Part shown: positions 48,725 through 57,141 of the stretch, one piece after another
Layout: each line of letters starts with the position of its first letter
Numbering within the stretch: the stretch's first letter is position 1
DNA from: Synechococcus sp.
Lineage (GTDB): Bacteria; Cyanobacteriota; Cyanobacteriia; PCC-6307; Cyanobiaceae
DNA: 64,000 nucleotides
Reading direction: 5' to 3'
Assembly (NCBI GenBank): GCA_047284725.1
Contig: JBJBEO010000001.1
Location: 1,688,203-1,752,202, forward strand
Position numbers and translations under genes: made by a program
The notes under the pieces: model-generated
Databases searched by the model: none
Seen by the model: only the letters and a program-made list of their open reading frames with translations
What the model was told of the DNA's origin: nothing

Positions 48725-48958
48725 ATGAGTGAAAACACTCAGAAGTACGACGAGTTTGAGTCACCGTCGAACACTGACGACAAGTACGGCAAGTACGAGG
48801 TGCCTTTCCACACCCTCGAAAAGCACACCAAAGAAGAGTTTGATGCTGAGCACGATGCCGGCATCAACAACCCCGAAAGCCGTCACCGCGACAAGATCCT
48901 CGATCAGATCTGCGACACCCACCCCGGTTCACCCATGTGCAAGGTGTTCGACGACTGA
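48725..48958 (+). CDS. CP12-like protein (C-terminal Cys pair only)
   Basis: CDTHPGSPMCKVFDD C-terminus. Confidence 0.7.
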   Translation: MSENTQKYDEFESPSNTDDKYGKYEVPFHTLEKHTKEEFDAEHDAGINNPESRHRDKILDQICDTHPGSPMCKVFDD

Positions 48959-49005
48959 GCTTTCGTTCGATTCGAATCGATGGATGGGTGTTGTCACCCT
49001 TCCAG

Positions 49006-49031
49006 GCCTCGCCCACGGGCGGGGCTTTTTT
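49006..49031 (+). terminator. intrinsic terminator
   Basis: gcctcgccc-ac-gggcggggc followed by tttttt. Confidence 0.75.
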
Positions 49032-49133
49032 GATGCCCAGCGGCCGGAGGCCCGGATCCATCACGGCGCAGTGTGGATCGTCACGCCAGCCAGCGCCCGC
49101 AGCCATGACAATGGGCGCTCTGCACAAGAGTCC

Positions 49134-49304
49134 ATGGATCAAGTCGAACGCGACAACTGGGTGAGGATCGCTGCGCAGCTGGAATCCAGCGGGGTGACCG
49201 AAGGCGGCTTCTACCAGCGGGCCAGAGCCATCGCCGATGGCAAGCCCGACCCGATGCCGATGGGGTCGCCGGCCATGGACCCATCCGCCGATGGGCTGAA
49301 CTGA
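49134..49304 (+). CDS. small protein, NW..E..G.T...Y.RA family (copy 2, 56 aa)
   Basis: MDQVERDNWVRIAAQLESSGVTEGGFYQRARAIADGKPDPMP. Confidence 0.75.
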   Translation: MDQVERDNWVRIAAQLESSGVTEGGFYQRARAIADGKPDPMPMGSPAMDPSADGLN

Positions 49305-49335
49305 GCGCTCCAGCAGGTCAGCAGAGCCTTCAGCG

Positions 49336-49575
49336 TCAGCGCTGACCCTTGGCGCGAAAGCGAAAGGAAGGGTTGGTGCTGCCGTGTTTGGTGCGCCGCC
49401 CCGACACGCGTCGGCGCCAGGCCCGAAAGGATGCGGGCTTGAGTTCAGAGCGCATCAAGGCGATCACAGCCTGTTCCTTCAAGCCAAACTGAACAGTGAT
49501 CGCTTCAAAACTGGTGCGGTCTTCCCAGGCCATCTCGATCACCCGATCGATGTCCTGGTCGGTGAGCGGCTGCAC
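49336..49575 (-). CDS. TIGR03643/DUF2805-family protein
   Basis: RVIEMAWEDRTSFEAI..QFGL.E..VI.LMR..LK..SF..WR.RV.GR.TKH. Confidence 0.92.
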   Translation of the reverse strand: MQPLTDQDIDRVIEMAWEDRTSFEAITVQFGLKEQAVIALMRSELKPASFRAWRRRVSGRRTKHGSTNPSFRFRAKGQR

Positions 49576-49578
49576 AGT

Positions 49579-49749
49579 TCAGTGGTCAGGACGTTCATAG
49601 AGCGCCACGGCCAGCTCGCCTTCACTGAAGGGGACGCTGACGCTGCAGTGTTCGCTCGCCTCCCAGGGCTGCTCCGTCGGCAAGGACGCTGCTGCGAGGC
49701 CCTCGAGGGTGTCGGCGTCGGCGATCACAGCAGGAGGAGAGGTGTTCAT
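49579..49749 (-). CDS. small hypothetical protein (56 aa)
   Basis: Hand-translated; ends just before the next start. Confidence 0.4.
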   Translation of the reverse strand: MNTSPPAVIADADTLEGLAAASLPTEQPWEASEHCSVSVPFSEGELAVALYERPDH

Positions 49750-49786
49750 GTCGACATGACGGAATCAACGGGAAGGGTGCGAGGGC

Positions 49787-50020
49787 CTAGGCCACCACCG
49801 CCAGCCAGGCGCCAGCCACGGCCGAGACCAGGCCACACACCAGGGCCTGCACCACCGTGACGGAGGGGTTGGGTTTCTGCCAGCGATCGATGGTGCGGCA
49901 GGCCATCGCATAGCACTCACAATTGCGATCAAGCTTGTCGAGGTAACGCTCGACAAACGTCGGATCCAGCTCAAGTCGGTGGAGGCGGGCGCGGATCTGA
50001 TTGCGCTCGAACTGAGTCAT
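49787..50020 (-). CDS. hypothetical protein with C-terminal TM
   Basis: 77-aa ORF. Confidence 0.55.
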   Translation of the reverse strand: MTQFERNQIRARLHRLELDPTFVERYLDKLDRNCECYAMACRTIDRWQKPNPSVTVVQALVCGLVSAVAGAWLAVVA

Positions 50021-50071
50021 GGAGCTCTTCTAAACAACGGCGGCCGCGATCGCGAGCCGCGGCCGCCGCGC

Positions 50072-50515
50072 TCACGGGGCCGCCACCACAGGAGACATTT
50101 CGATCGAGCTGCTCAAGGTGAGGCGGGCATGAAAGATTTCAAACACCGCATCGATGCGCTTGGCTTCAAAGGTTGAGATCTCCAGGATCACAGCCAGGTG
50201 ATCGAGAAAGCGTCGCTCCTCCGCCTGAAAGGGGCCATCGGAGCGCATCAGTTCTGAGGCCATCGCATAGGCCGTCATCGATTGCGCCGTTGTGAGACAT
50301 TTCGCCGCCTCCAGCATCATCTGATGAGCGCCCAGGGAGCGCCGCAGGTCGAGAAGTTCATCGAGAAGGGCAATCATTTCGCCATCCGCCATCTGACAGA
50401 ACGGCTCGCGATAATCCAACGCATGCCTGAAGGCTCGCGTGCCCGCTTTGGTGAAATGACTGTCCCAGGAAACAGCGGCAAAGCCAACAGCCGCAAATGC
50501 TGTCAGAGAGTCCAT
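50072..50515 (-). CDS. TerB-family protein
   Basis: AAVSWDS, AYAMASELMRSDG.....ERRFL. Confidence 0.8.
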   Translation of the reverse strand: MDSLTAFAAVGFAAVSWDSHFTKAGTRAFRHALDYREPFCQMADGEMIALLDELLDLRRSLGAHQMMLEAAKCLTTAQSMTAYAMASELMRSDGPFQAEERRFLDHLAVILEISTFEAKRIDAVFEIFHARLTLSSSIEMSPVVAAP

Positions 50516-50751
50516 TCACAAGCCAACGAGAACTTTGGTTATGGCCTTGCGTGACTCGCCATTGGTGTGACAAGCACTACCAGAGTTGTCGATTAGGCAC
50601 TTCTACGGATGTCAGCCGTCGATCGGTCCCAAGCATGCGCTGCGTGCTGATTCTGAGCACCGCCCACTGACACACCAAGCGCCGAGACTGCGTGGTTCAT
50701 TCAACAGATTGAAGGCAGGAATGTTCTTAATGTTTCGCCGAGCAGAGGACG

Positions 50752-50904
50752 TCAACGGGCAGGCCGCTGGCTCCGCTTCAACTGCAACCACATCGCTTTC
50801 TCCAGCGATGTGAGCTTCGGGGCCTTCTGATTCAACACGGCCGTGGCACGACTCTTTGCGTTCTGGATGTACTGAGTGGTGCGATCAAGCTTGTCGAATG
50901 ACAT
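50752..50904 (-). CDS. small hypothetical protein (50 aa)
   Basis: Hand-translated MSFDKLDRTTQYIQNAKSRA..LNQKAPKLTSLEKA. Confidence 0.55.
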   Translation of the reverse strand: MSFDKLDRTTQYIQNAKSRATAVLNQKAPKLTSLEKAMWLQLKRSQRPAR

Positions 50905-50998
50905 CGCCAGAAGCTGCGCAGTGTCTCAATTTTAGACGAGCTAGACCCATAGGTGCTGTAGCATCCATGGCCGAATCGACGATCGAGGCGCGTCGGGA

Positions 50999-52504
50999 TC
51001 AGGCCGATCCATCGGCGGCAAGCCAGGCCTCCACACACCCTTCTGCGGCGGTGACCTGGTTGAGGTCCTCCATCAACACGATGGGAATGCGCCGTTCCCG
51101 GGCCTTTCTCATCCTTGTGGTGTCAAGACTGAGGCTGGTGGAAAGGAGGAAATCGGGCGGATTTTGTCTGGTGAGACGCTCGCGTTTCGCCAGACCGAGG
51201 CGTTCGGCATGGGCCACTGCCCGCAGGATCGGCGTGTCGGTCTGCATTGAGCGGGGTCCGGTGGGGACGAAGCTCAGTCCCTTCTGCAGGGGAAGCGTGC
51301 TTTGTGTCCAGGATGGTTCCGACTCCAGCGCGAGCATGGCCCGGGTCCAGACCTGAGCCGGGGGCTTCGCTGACTGCAGGCGCGGCGCCGACACCGCCGC
51401 CGAAGACGGTTGAAGATGGGCCATTCCCTTGATCAGGGCCTGAGCCAAGGGGAGGACATCGCCGAGAGCCGTGTGGGCCAAACGAGGATCAAAGCCAACA
51501 CCGTGGAAGGAGCAGAGGTGCTGCAATTTCTTGCTGTTCCCATGCGCGGGGTCACCGCCAAAGCCGCGCAGGGTGCAGATGCCAACACCGAGATCCACCT
51601 CCTGCTCGGAATGGTTCCGGAAGTGGCGCTCGAGGATGGGGAAGTCGTAGCGAAGGTTGTGGGCCACCAGCACATGCTGATCAAGCTTGGCCGCTAACTG
51701 AGCGGCAATATCGGCAAAGGCCGGGGCCTGAACAACATCGCGATTGCCGATCTGGTGAATGGCGGTGACGGCTTTGGGAATGGTGCAGCCGGGATTGAGC
51801 AAGGTTTCCCAGGTCTCCGTGATCCGGCCGCTGGGGTCGAGACACACCAGACCGATTTCAACGATGGAGCAGGTGGATGGATCCCGGCCTGTGGTTTCCA
51901 GGTCAAACACAGCGAAACCCTTGGCACCCTTCGGCAACAACAGCGGCAGCGGTTGCGCAACCTTGGCCACCGCTGGCGTCCGCACCTGAACCGATTGGGC
52001 GCCAGCCACGCGCTTGACGTTCTTTGAAACGCGGCGCTCGGCCTTGAGGGGCAGATTGGTCTCAATCCAGCGCCTGATCTCAGCGGGGGACTCCAGGATC
52101 GTTTGCGGAGTTGCCTCCAGGAGTTGCACGCGCTCCAGGCCGCTCACGAGGAATTTTTTGGTGAAGGCAACATCGGGCTCTCGAGCGGTGACGGCGCGCA
52201 GGCGCCCCTCCTCCAGCACCCGGCTATAGAGCACCACCTCCCGTTCGGAGCAAGACCCGTTGGCCTTCCGGTAGGTCACCCGTGCACGAACCTTTCCCTG
52301 CGGCGGGGTTGCAGGCGCGGCGGCGGGCTCTGGAACGTTGGCGGCAGGCGAAGCCGGGGAGCTGGGTGCTGGCGGCGTTGGTCGCTGCGAGGAGACGGGC
52401 TCGGTGTGGGCCTGCTTCCCCTTGAGTGCAGCTTTAAGGGCCAGCGCGATCACGCCGATCACAACGACCAGAGCGATCAGAGCAAGCACGGTGATCCACC
52501 CCAT
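50999..52504 (-). CDS. membrane-anchored DEDDh (DnaQ-like) 3'-5' exonuclease with WYL-like and BRCT-like domains
   Basis: VFDLETTG, VAHNLRYD, AHTALGD; N-terminal TM; VTYRKANG..SEREV; C-terminal RKARERRIPIV. Confidence 0.8.
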   Translation of the reverse strand: MGWITVLALIALVVVIGVIALALKAALKGKQAHTEPVSSQRPTPPAPSSPASPAANVPEPAAAPATPPQGKVRARVTYRKANGSCSEREVVLYSRVLEEGRLRAVTAREPDVAFTKKFLVSGLERVQLLEATPQTILESPAEIRRWIETNLPLKAERRVSKNVKRVAGAQSVQVRTPAVAKVAQPLPLLLPKGAKGFAVFDLETTGRDPSTCSIVEIGLVCLDPSGRITETWETLLNPGCTIPKAVTAIHQIGNRDVVQAPAFADIAAQLAAKLDQHVLVAHNLRYDFPILERHFRNHSEQEVDLGVGICTLRGFGGDPAHGNSKKLQHLCSFHGVGFDPRLAHTALGDVLPLAQALIKGMAHLQPSSAAVSAPRLQSAKPPAQVWTRAMLALESEPSWTQSTLPLQKGLSFVPTGPRSMQTDTPILRAVAHAERLGLAKRERLTRQNPPDFLLSTSLSLDTTRMRKARERRIPIVLMEDLNQVTAAEGCVEAWLAADGSA

Positions 52505-52760
52505 CACGATTCCTCAATAACGCTGGCTGCGCTCAGCGTATGAATCATTCAGACCGCCGTCAGCCGGAGGTTTTCAAGCCAGGCAAGGGGTCGACGCATC
52601 AGCCATCACAGCCCACTGCGACCAGTGACCCCACACAGCGACTGGAGGGCCTGGCTGCTGCAGAGGCGCGCTCTTCAGCTGGAACCCGACTGAGGGTGCG
52701 TGCACAATCTTGAGCACCTTGGGTAGACCGAAGAGACGTGTTGCCTCACCCGAGAGCGCC

Positions 52761-53262
52761 ATGGCCGACGAGCAAGAGCCGATCCCAACCGACCCCTCGA
52801 ATCTGTCGATCAAGCCATCGAGCAGCCAAGCGATCCAGCCCCAGGTGGAATGCAAAGGCATCCGTTCCCACCAGCGATTTCCCCAGGGATTTGTCTGGGC
52901 TCAGCCAAGAGCAAATTGAGCACCACTACAAAGCGATGCGCAACAGCCACGCTTCGCTGATGCGCTCCCGCGGCCAGCTGCAACGGCGCTCCAGGGAATT
53001 CAGTGAAGCGCGTTTGAACTTCATCAACACCTTGCGAACCTATGAAGAGCGCTTGGTGGCGATCGGCGAGGAAAAAGCAGAGGCGATGCGCCTGGCGCAA
53101 GACATGCACAAAGAACTGGAGGGGTTTGAGCACAAACAACAGGCCCTCGACGATCTGCTGAAGGATCTGGAAGAGGCCAAGGAGCACCCTGGCTTCTGGT
53201 CGATCCTGCAGATCAACAAACTGATTGAGCAGATGAAACTGCTGCTGCGCGGCTCCAACTAG
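52761..53262 (+). pseudogene. coiled-coil protein with an apparent 1-nt frameshift
   Basis: MADEQEP.. frame joins the RWNAKAS.. frame if one C is removed from cccc at 52839-52842. Confidence 0.55.
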
Positions 53263-53264
53263 CC

Positions 53265-53783
53265 ATGGGAGATCTCAGCAATCGTTTCGCTGAGCTCATG
53301 GCCCGCATGGCCAAGAGCGATGCCGACATCTATCGCACCATCGGTGAGCAGAACGCCCACGTGCGCCAGATGGTGGATGACTTGATGCCGCCTGAGGAGC
53401 CGAAGCCAGCAGACAGCAACGCCCTCGCCGCCGCGGGACTGCTACCGGCCGATGAATGTGCGCAGCCGGCGCTGAAAAAGCGGTTTGGCAAGGTGGCGGA
53501 GGCCCAGGCTTGGATTGAAAGCCAAATCGGGCCCGCCCCGAAAAAACCCACCTGGGCGGTGATTGTTCAGACCTGCCAGAGCGGCGCCTGGCCCATCAAA
53601 ACCAGCGCAAGCAGCAGCCGCAGCAAAGCCCTGAGCGAAACGGCCTTCGACGAACGGCTCAGCCAACTTGAATCGAAGCTCGATCAACGCCTGCAGCGGA
53701 TCGAATGGATGCTGACCCTGCTGGCCGAGACGCACCCGACGCTCCACGCCAGCACGGAACACCAGGAGTCATCCTCAGCCTGA
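53265..53783 (+). CDS. hypothetical protein with C-terminal coiled coil
   Basis: Starts 2 nt after the upstream stop; LKKRFGKVAEAQAWI. Confidence 0.7.
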   Translation: MGDLSNRFAELMARMAKSDADIYRTIGEQNAHVRQMVDDLMPPEEPKPADSNALAAAGLLPADECAQPALKKRFGKVAEAQAWIESQIGPAPKKPTWAVIVQTCQSGAWPIKTSASSSRSKALSETAFDERLSQLESKLDQRLQRIEWMLTLLAETHPTLHASTEHQESSSA

Positions 53784-54017
53784 AGGGATCACAACCAGGT
53801 TCAAGGCACGTATCACAGCCACGCCTCCATCACCAAGACAAGGGTGATGGAGCAGAACACGCCACACATCAATGGAAGAGCCTCTCGAGGACGTTCACCA
53901 ACCCGACCACGCACAGCATGTAGGCCACTCCAGCCATCCAAAGCCGGTGGCCGCAGCCGCACCCATCCTTCAACGCTGGCGTCAGACCACCACCCGTTGG
54001 CCACACCAACCACCACC

Positions 54018-54668
54018 GTGATCACCCCCCGCTACGGCGAGGCCCTGCAGTGGGCCGAGGAACTGCATCGGCCGCAGCGCCGCAAAGGCAAACAGGTTCC
54101 TTACATCTCGCATCTGATCAGCGTCAGCGCCCTGGTGTGGGAAGACGGCGGCCATGAAGATCAAGCGATCGCAGCGTTGCTGCACGACGCCATCGAAGAC
54201 GCCGGCCAGAGCCACCGCTCGATCGCCAATCGCTTCGGGGTGGCGGTGGCCGACATCGTGCGCGATTGCACCGACACCTCCCCCGAGGCCAAGCCTGGAG
54301 AGAAAGAGCCCTGGCTGCTGCGCAAAACCCGCTACCTCGACTCCCTCGCAGGGAAACCACTGAGCTCCCTGCTGGTGACTGCCGCCGACAAGGCCCACAA
54401 CGCCGGCGACATGGTGCTGGATGCCCGCCGCGATCCAGCGATGTGGCGCAAGTTCAATGCCGGCCTTGAGGGCAGTGCCTGGTACCTGCTGCGGATGCAT
54501 CTGGCGTTGGTGGGTCGCCTACCCGAGAGCCGCTCAGTCGAGCTTCTAGGGGAAGCCGTGAACGCCATCCTCAGCAGCAACGCCTATCAGCAGCTGATCC
54601 CAGCGGGATCCACCACCGAGAGATGGGCCAACACCTATCCCGAACGCCATGGCAGCCCTTTGCGTTGA
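54018..54668 (+). CDS. HD-domain hydrolase (RelA/SpoT/Mesh1-like small alarmone hydrolase family)
   Basis: H..QRRKG..VPYISH, AALLHDAIED, ADKAHN. Confidence 0.88.
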   Translation: MITPRYGEALQWAEELHRPQRRKGKQVPYISHLISVSALVWEDGGHEDQAIAALLHDAIEDAGQSHRSIANRFGVAVADIVRDCTDTSPEAKPGEKEPWLLRKTRYLDSLAGKPLSSLLVTAADKAHNAGDMVLDARRDPAMWRKFNAGLEGSAWYLLRMHLALVGRLPESRSVELLGEAVNAILSSNAYQQLIPAGSTTERWANTYPERHGSPLR

Positions 54669-54712
54669 AACGCCCGTGGGCCTTTGGGTTCCGGTGGCGG
54701 TGAGGGGTGTCG

Positions 54713-55105
54713 TTATCCCACCCGTTGAACGGTGGTGCCATAGCGGCTCAGCTGACGATCAACCGTGAGCAGGAGCATCGGTTCCGTTCGGCTCTGGCAC
54801 ACCAAAAGCCGGTCAAACGGATCACGATGCTCGCCATCACAATCCAGCTCTGCCACCGCCAACAGATGAGCCTGGCGAATCGACAACCAGCGAAACCCCT
54901 GGAGCGGCACCTGGCGCTCCAGTTCCGCCAGGTCGACCTGTAATCGACCAAGCGACACCTTGATCGCCATCTCCCAGAGAGAAGCCTGGCTGACAAAGAC
55001 TTCCGCCTCGGGCATCTGCACGCGCTCCACCACCGCCTGGGGCAGCCGTGAATCTCCATTCAGCCACCACAACACCAGATGGGTGTCCAGCAACAGGCGT
55101 GTCAC
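54713..55105 (-). CDS. vapC: VapC-like PIN-domain toxin
   Basis: LLLDTHLVLWW, SLWEMAIK, HRDPFDRLL. Confidence 0.92.
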   Translation of the reverse strand: MTRLLLDTHLVLWWLNGDSRLPQAVVERVQMPEAEVFVSQASLWEMAIKVSLGRLQVDLAELERQVPLQGFRWLSIRQAHLLAVAELDCDGEHRDPFDRLLVCQSRTEPMLLLTVDRQLSRYGTTVQRVG

Positions 55106-55332
55106 GGCAACGCCTCGAATAGCGCATCCAGCGGTGCATCAAAGTCGTCCGCCATCTGGATCTGGCCGCGCATCGCACCGGGCGCTGCCACGGTCCGGTC
55201 TTGGTCCTGCCAGCTGACCAAACGCGCAATCGGGACGCCGGCCCGGGCGATCACCACCTCCTCCCCCTGCTCCACCACCTGCAGCAACTGGGAGAGCTGG
55301 GTCTTGGCCTGATGGATGTTCACGGGCTTCAT
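55102..55332 (-). CDS. Phd/YefM-family antitoxin
   Basis: VNIHQAKTQLSQLL..V.QGEEVVIARAGVPIARL, DDFDAPL. Confidence 0.92.
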   Translation of the reverse strand: MKPVNIHQAKTQLSQLLQVVEQGEEVVIARAGVPIARLVSWQDQDRTVAAPGAMRGQIQMADDFDAPLDALFEALP

Positions 55333-55345
55333 CAGCGACCGCATT

Positions 55346-55367
55346 GAACTAAGTCTTAGCTTAGTTC
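55346..55367. promoter_or_regulatory. putative TA autoregulatory operator
   Basis: gaactaag-N6-cttagttc inverted repeat just upstream of the antitoxin. Confidence 0.6.
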
Positions 55368-55399
55368 TGAGTCGTCCGATTGTCGCAGGGCTGAATCCT

Positions 55400-55700
55400 C
55401 AAAAGCGTTGATGGCATTGGGCGTATCTCCTTCAAACGATGTGGGAAATGCTTCTCCATGTCCACGCGCGTGATCACCGCCAAGACCTGTGCGTGATCAC
55501 ACCGATTCAAAGAAGTTGATCTTGACGGCGAGCTTGGATGGGGCCGATGGCTTGAAAAAGGCCTCGGTTTGGCTTGGCGTCGTCGATGTCGACTTGGAAG
55601 TGGTTGGTAGCAACGCTGTTGTGACGGCTTGATCACCAGCCAAACCATCCACAAAGCCTGGGTTGCGGTTCAACGGGATTGGAAAGGAAGCTTCCCGGCC
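55400..55700 (+). pseudogene. decayed MNT (minimal nucleotidyltransferase)-like remnant
   Basis: Fragments HAR..DLCVITP and VDVDLEVV in broken frames upstream of the HEPN remnant. Confidence 0.35.
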
Positions 55701-55706
55701 ACCCAC

Positions 55707-55940
55707 ATGGCTGAATGCACCCCATTGGTGAAGGTCTGGATCCGCTAAAGGGAGGATGACTGGCACAACAGCCAGGTCGTGATCAATGCAGGTGGACAAC
55801 AACGCAACATCTGCTTTCACCTGCAGCAATGCCTAGATCGGCAGTTCAAGGCTGAACTGACGCGAATGGAACACCCTGTCCCCAAAATCCACAACCTGCG
55901 TGAGTTGTCTGATCTGTTGCATCAGGCGGATCAAAATTCC
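55707..55940 (+). pseudogene. HEPN-domain remnant
   Basis: WIR*REDDW..ICFHLQQC...KA.L......PKIHNLREL with an in-frame TAA and truncation. Confidence 0.65.
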
Positions 55941-55946
55941 AGGCGT

Positions 55947-56130
55947 TTAGAGCAGATCGCGGAATTGCTGAGGGGTCAGGCCTGCATCGCGAGCAATAGC
56001 CCCCATGGTGATGGCATTGATCGGGTCATGCCGTGGGATCACCAATCCCGGATTCGCGCACAACGCGAAAACCCAGTTTCTGGAAGACCTGTACCGCTTC
56101 TTTCTGACTGATGCCCGGAAGCCGCGGCAT
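55947..56130 (-). pseudogene. hicA: HicA toxin pseudogene
   Basis: MPRLPGISQKEAV.VFQKLGF.VVRESG then a frameshifted VIPRHDPINAITMGAIARDAGLTPQQF; 184 nt, not a multiple of 3. Confidence 0.8.
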
Positions 56131-56327
56131 CAGACAGCCAGCTCCAGGGTCTCCACGGTTTTCACACCAGCTTCCTCCGCCTCCACCTCCAGCCAGAGCT
56201 GGATGGCCTCTCGGATGTTCGCCAGAGCCTCGTCGCGCGACTCGCCCTGGGAATGGCAACCGGGCAGATCAAGGCAACTCACCGACCACCCCTCGTCGGT
56301 TTCCAAAAGGCGTATGCGGTACGACAT
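56130..56327 (-). CDS. hicB: HicB-like antitoxin (short)
   Basis: WSVSCLDLPGCHSQGESRDEALANIREAI. Confidence 0.9.
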   Translation of the reverse strand: MSYRIRLLETDEGWSVSCLDLPGCHSQGESRDEALANIREAIQLWLEVEAEEAGVKTVETLELAV

Positions 56328-56543
56328 CCAGGCCCAGGCAGTGGTATCAGCCTATCGACGCTGGCAGTCAACAACCGGCGGATCCGGTTCCTCGGCAATG
56401 CCACTCACCGCCGAGGGGATTTGGAGAGAACGAAAGGCGACAAGGGTGTGGATCGTTTCCTGCACCGCGCCGCCTTTGATGCAGGCGTGAACCTGAATCG
56501 ACTGCTGGAAAATCCTGCTTTGGGTTGAGCGTCGCTCCCCCGT

Positions 56544-56571
56544 TGAGAACGCTCTGCTGAGAACGCTCTGC
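56544..56571 (+). repeat. 14-bp tandem duplication
   Basis: tgagaacgctctgc x2. Confidence 0.9.
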
Positions 56572-56646
56572 AGACCTGATCTCCCTCAAGTAAGGGATGC
56601 ACAACACCGTGGGGAAGATGCATCGTGAGGAGGCTCAACTCCTTCC

Positions 56647-57141
56647 ATGCACTTCCGCCTGATCACACCCAGCCAGCTGTCGCTGTTCAGCATCAGCCCA
56701 GTGATCGGGGCCTGGTGGGAGGAGCTGCAGGCGCAGAAGCTGTTTGACGGCAGCAAGCCAGCAGTGAGTGAGCTGGATCAGCAGCTGTTTGCTGACGGCC
56801 TGCGCCACGAGCAGGTGCTGCTCACCAAGCTGGAGAAGGCAGGCCACAGCATTGCCCGACTGCCCGGCAAACAAACCGACGCCGACTACACCGCAACCCG
56901 CCAGGCGATGGCTCAAGGGGTGGAGTTCGTCCACCAGGCCTCGCTCTGCAATGAGGAGATGCGCGGCAGTGCCGACTTGCTCAGGCCCAACCGTTTGAAC
57001 GTGACGATCAGCCGGGCTCAAAGCCTCTCGATCGTTGTGGGCTCAACAGGCCTGGCCAGCGGCGTTGCTAACACGGTGGCGGAGGCCGAGCAGATCAATC
57101 GGTTGTGCCGCGTTATGAAAGATGGGGGGCCGATGCCATGA
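56647..57141 (+). pseudogene. internally deleted TM0106-type RecB-like nuclease/SF1 helicase
   Basis: ITPSQL..G.RHE..RGSADLL N-terminus fused in frame to helicase motif VI NRLNVTISRAQ. Confidence 0.7.

Noticed and set aside
49924..50897. Exact 18-bp direct repeat tgcgatcaagcttgtcga at 49924 and 50880, as possible att sites
   Set aside because: Both copies lie inside small ORFs encoding DKLDR in frame; no integrase or tRNA nearby, so probably coincidence
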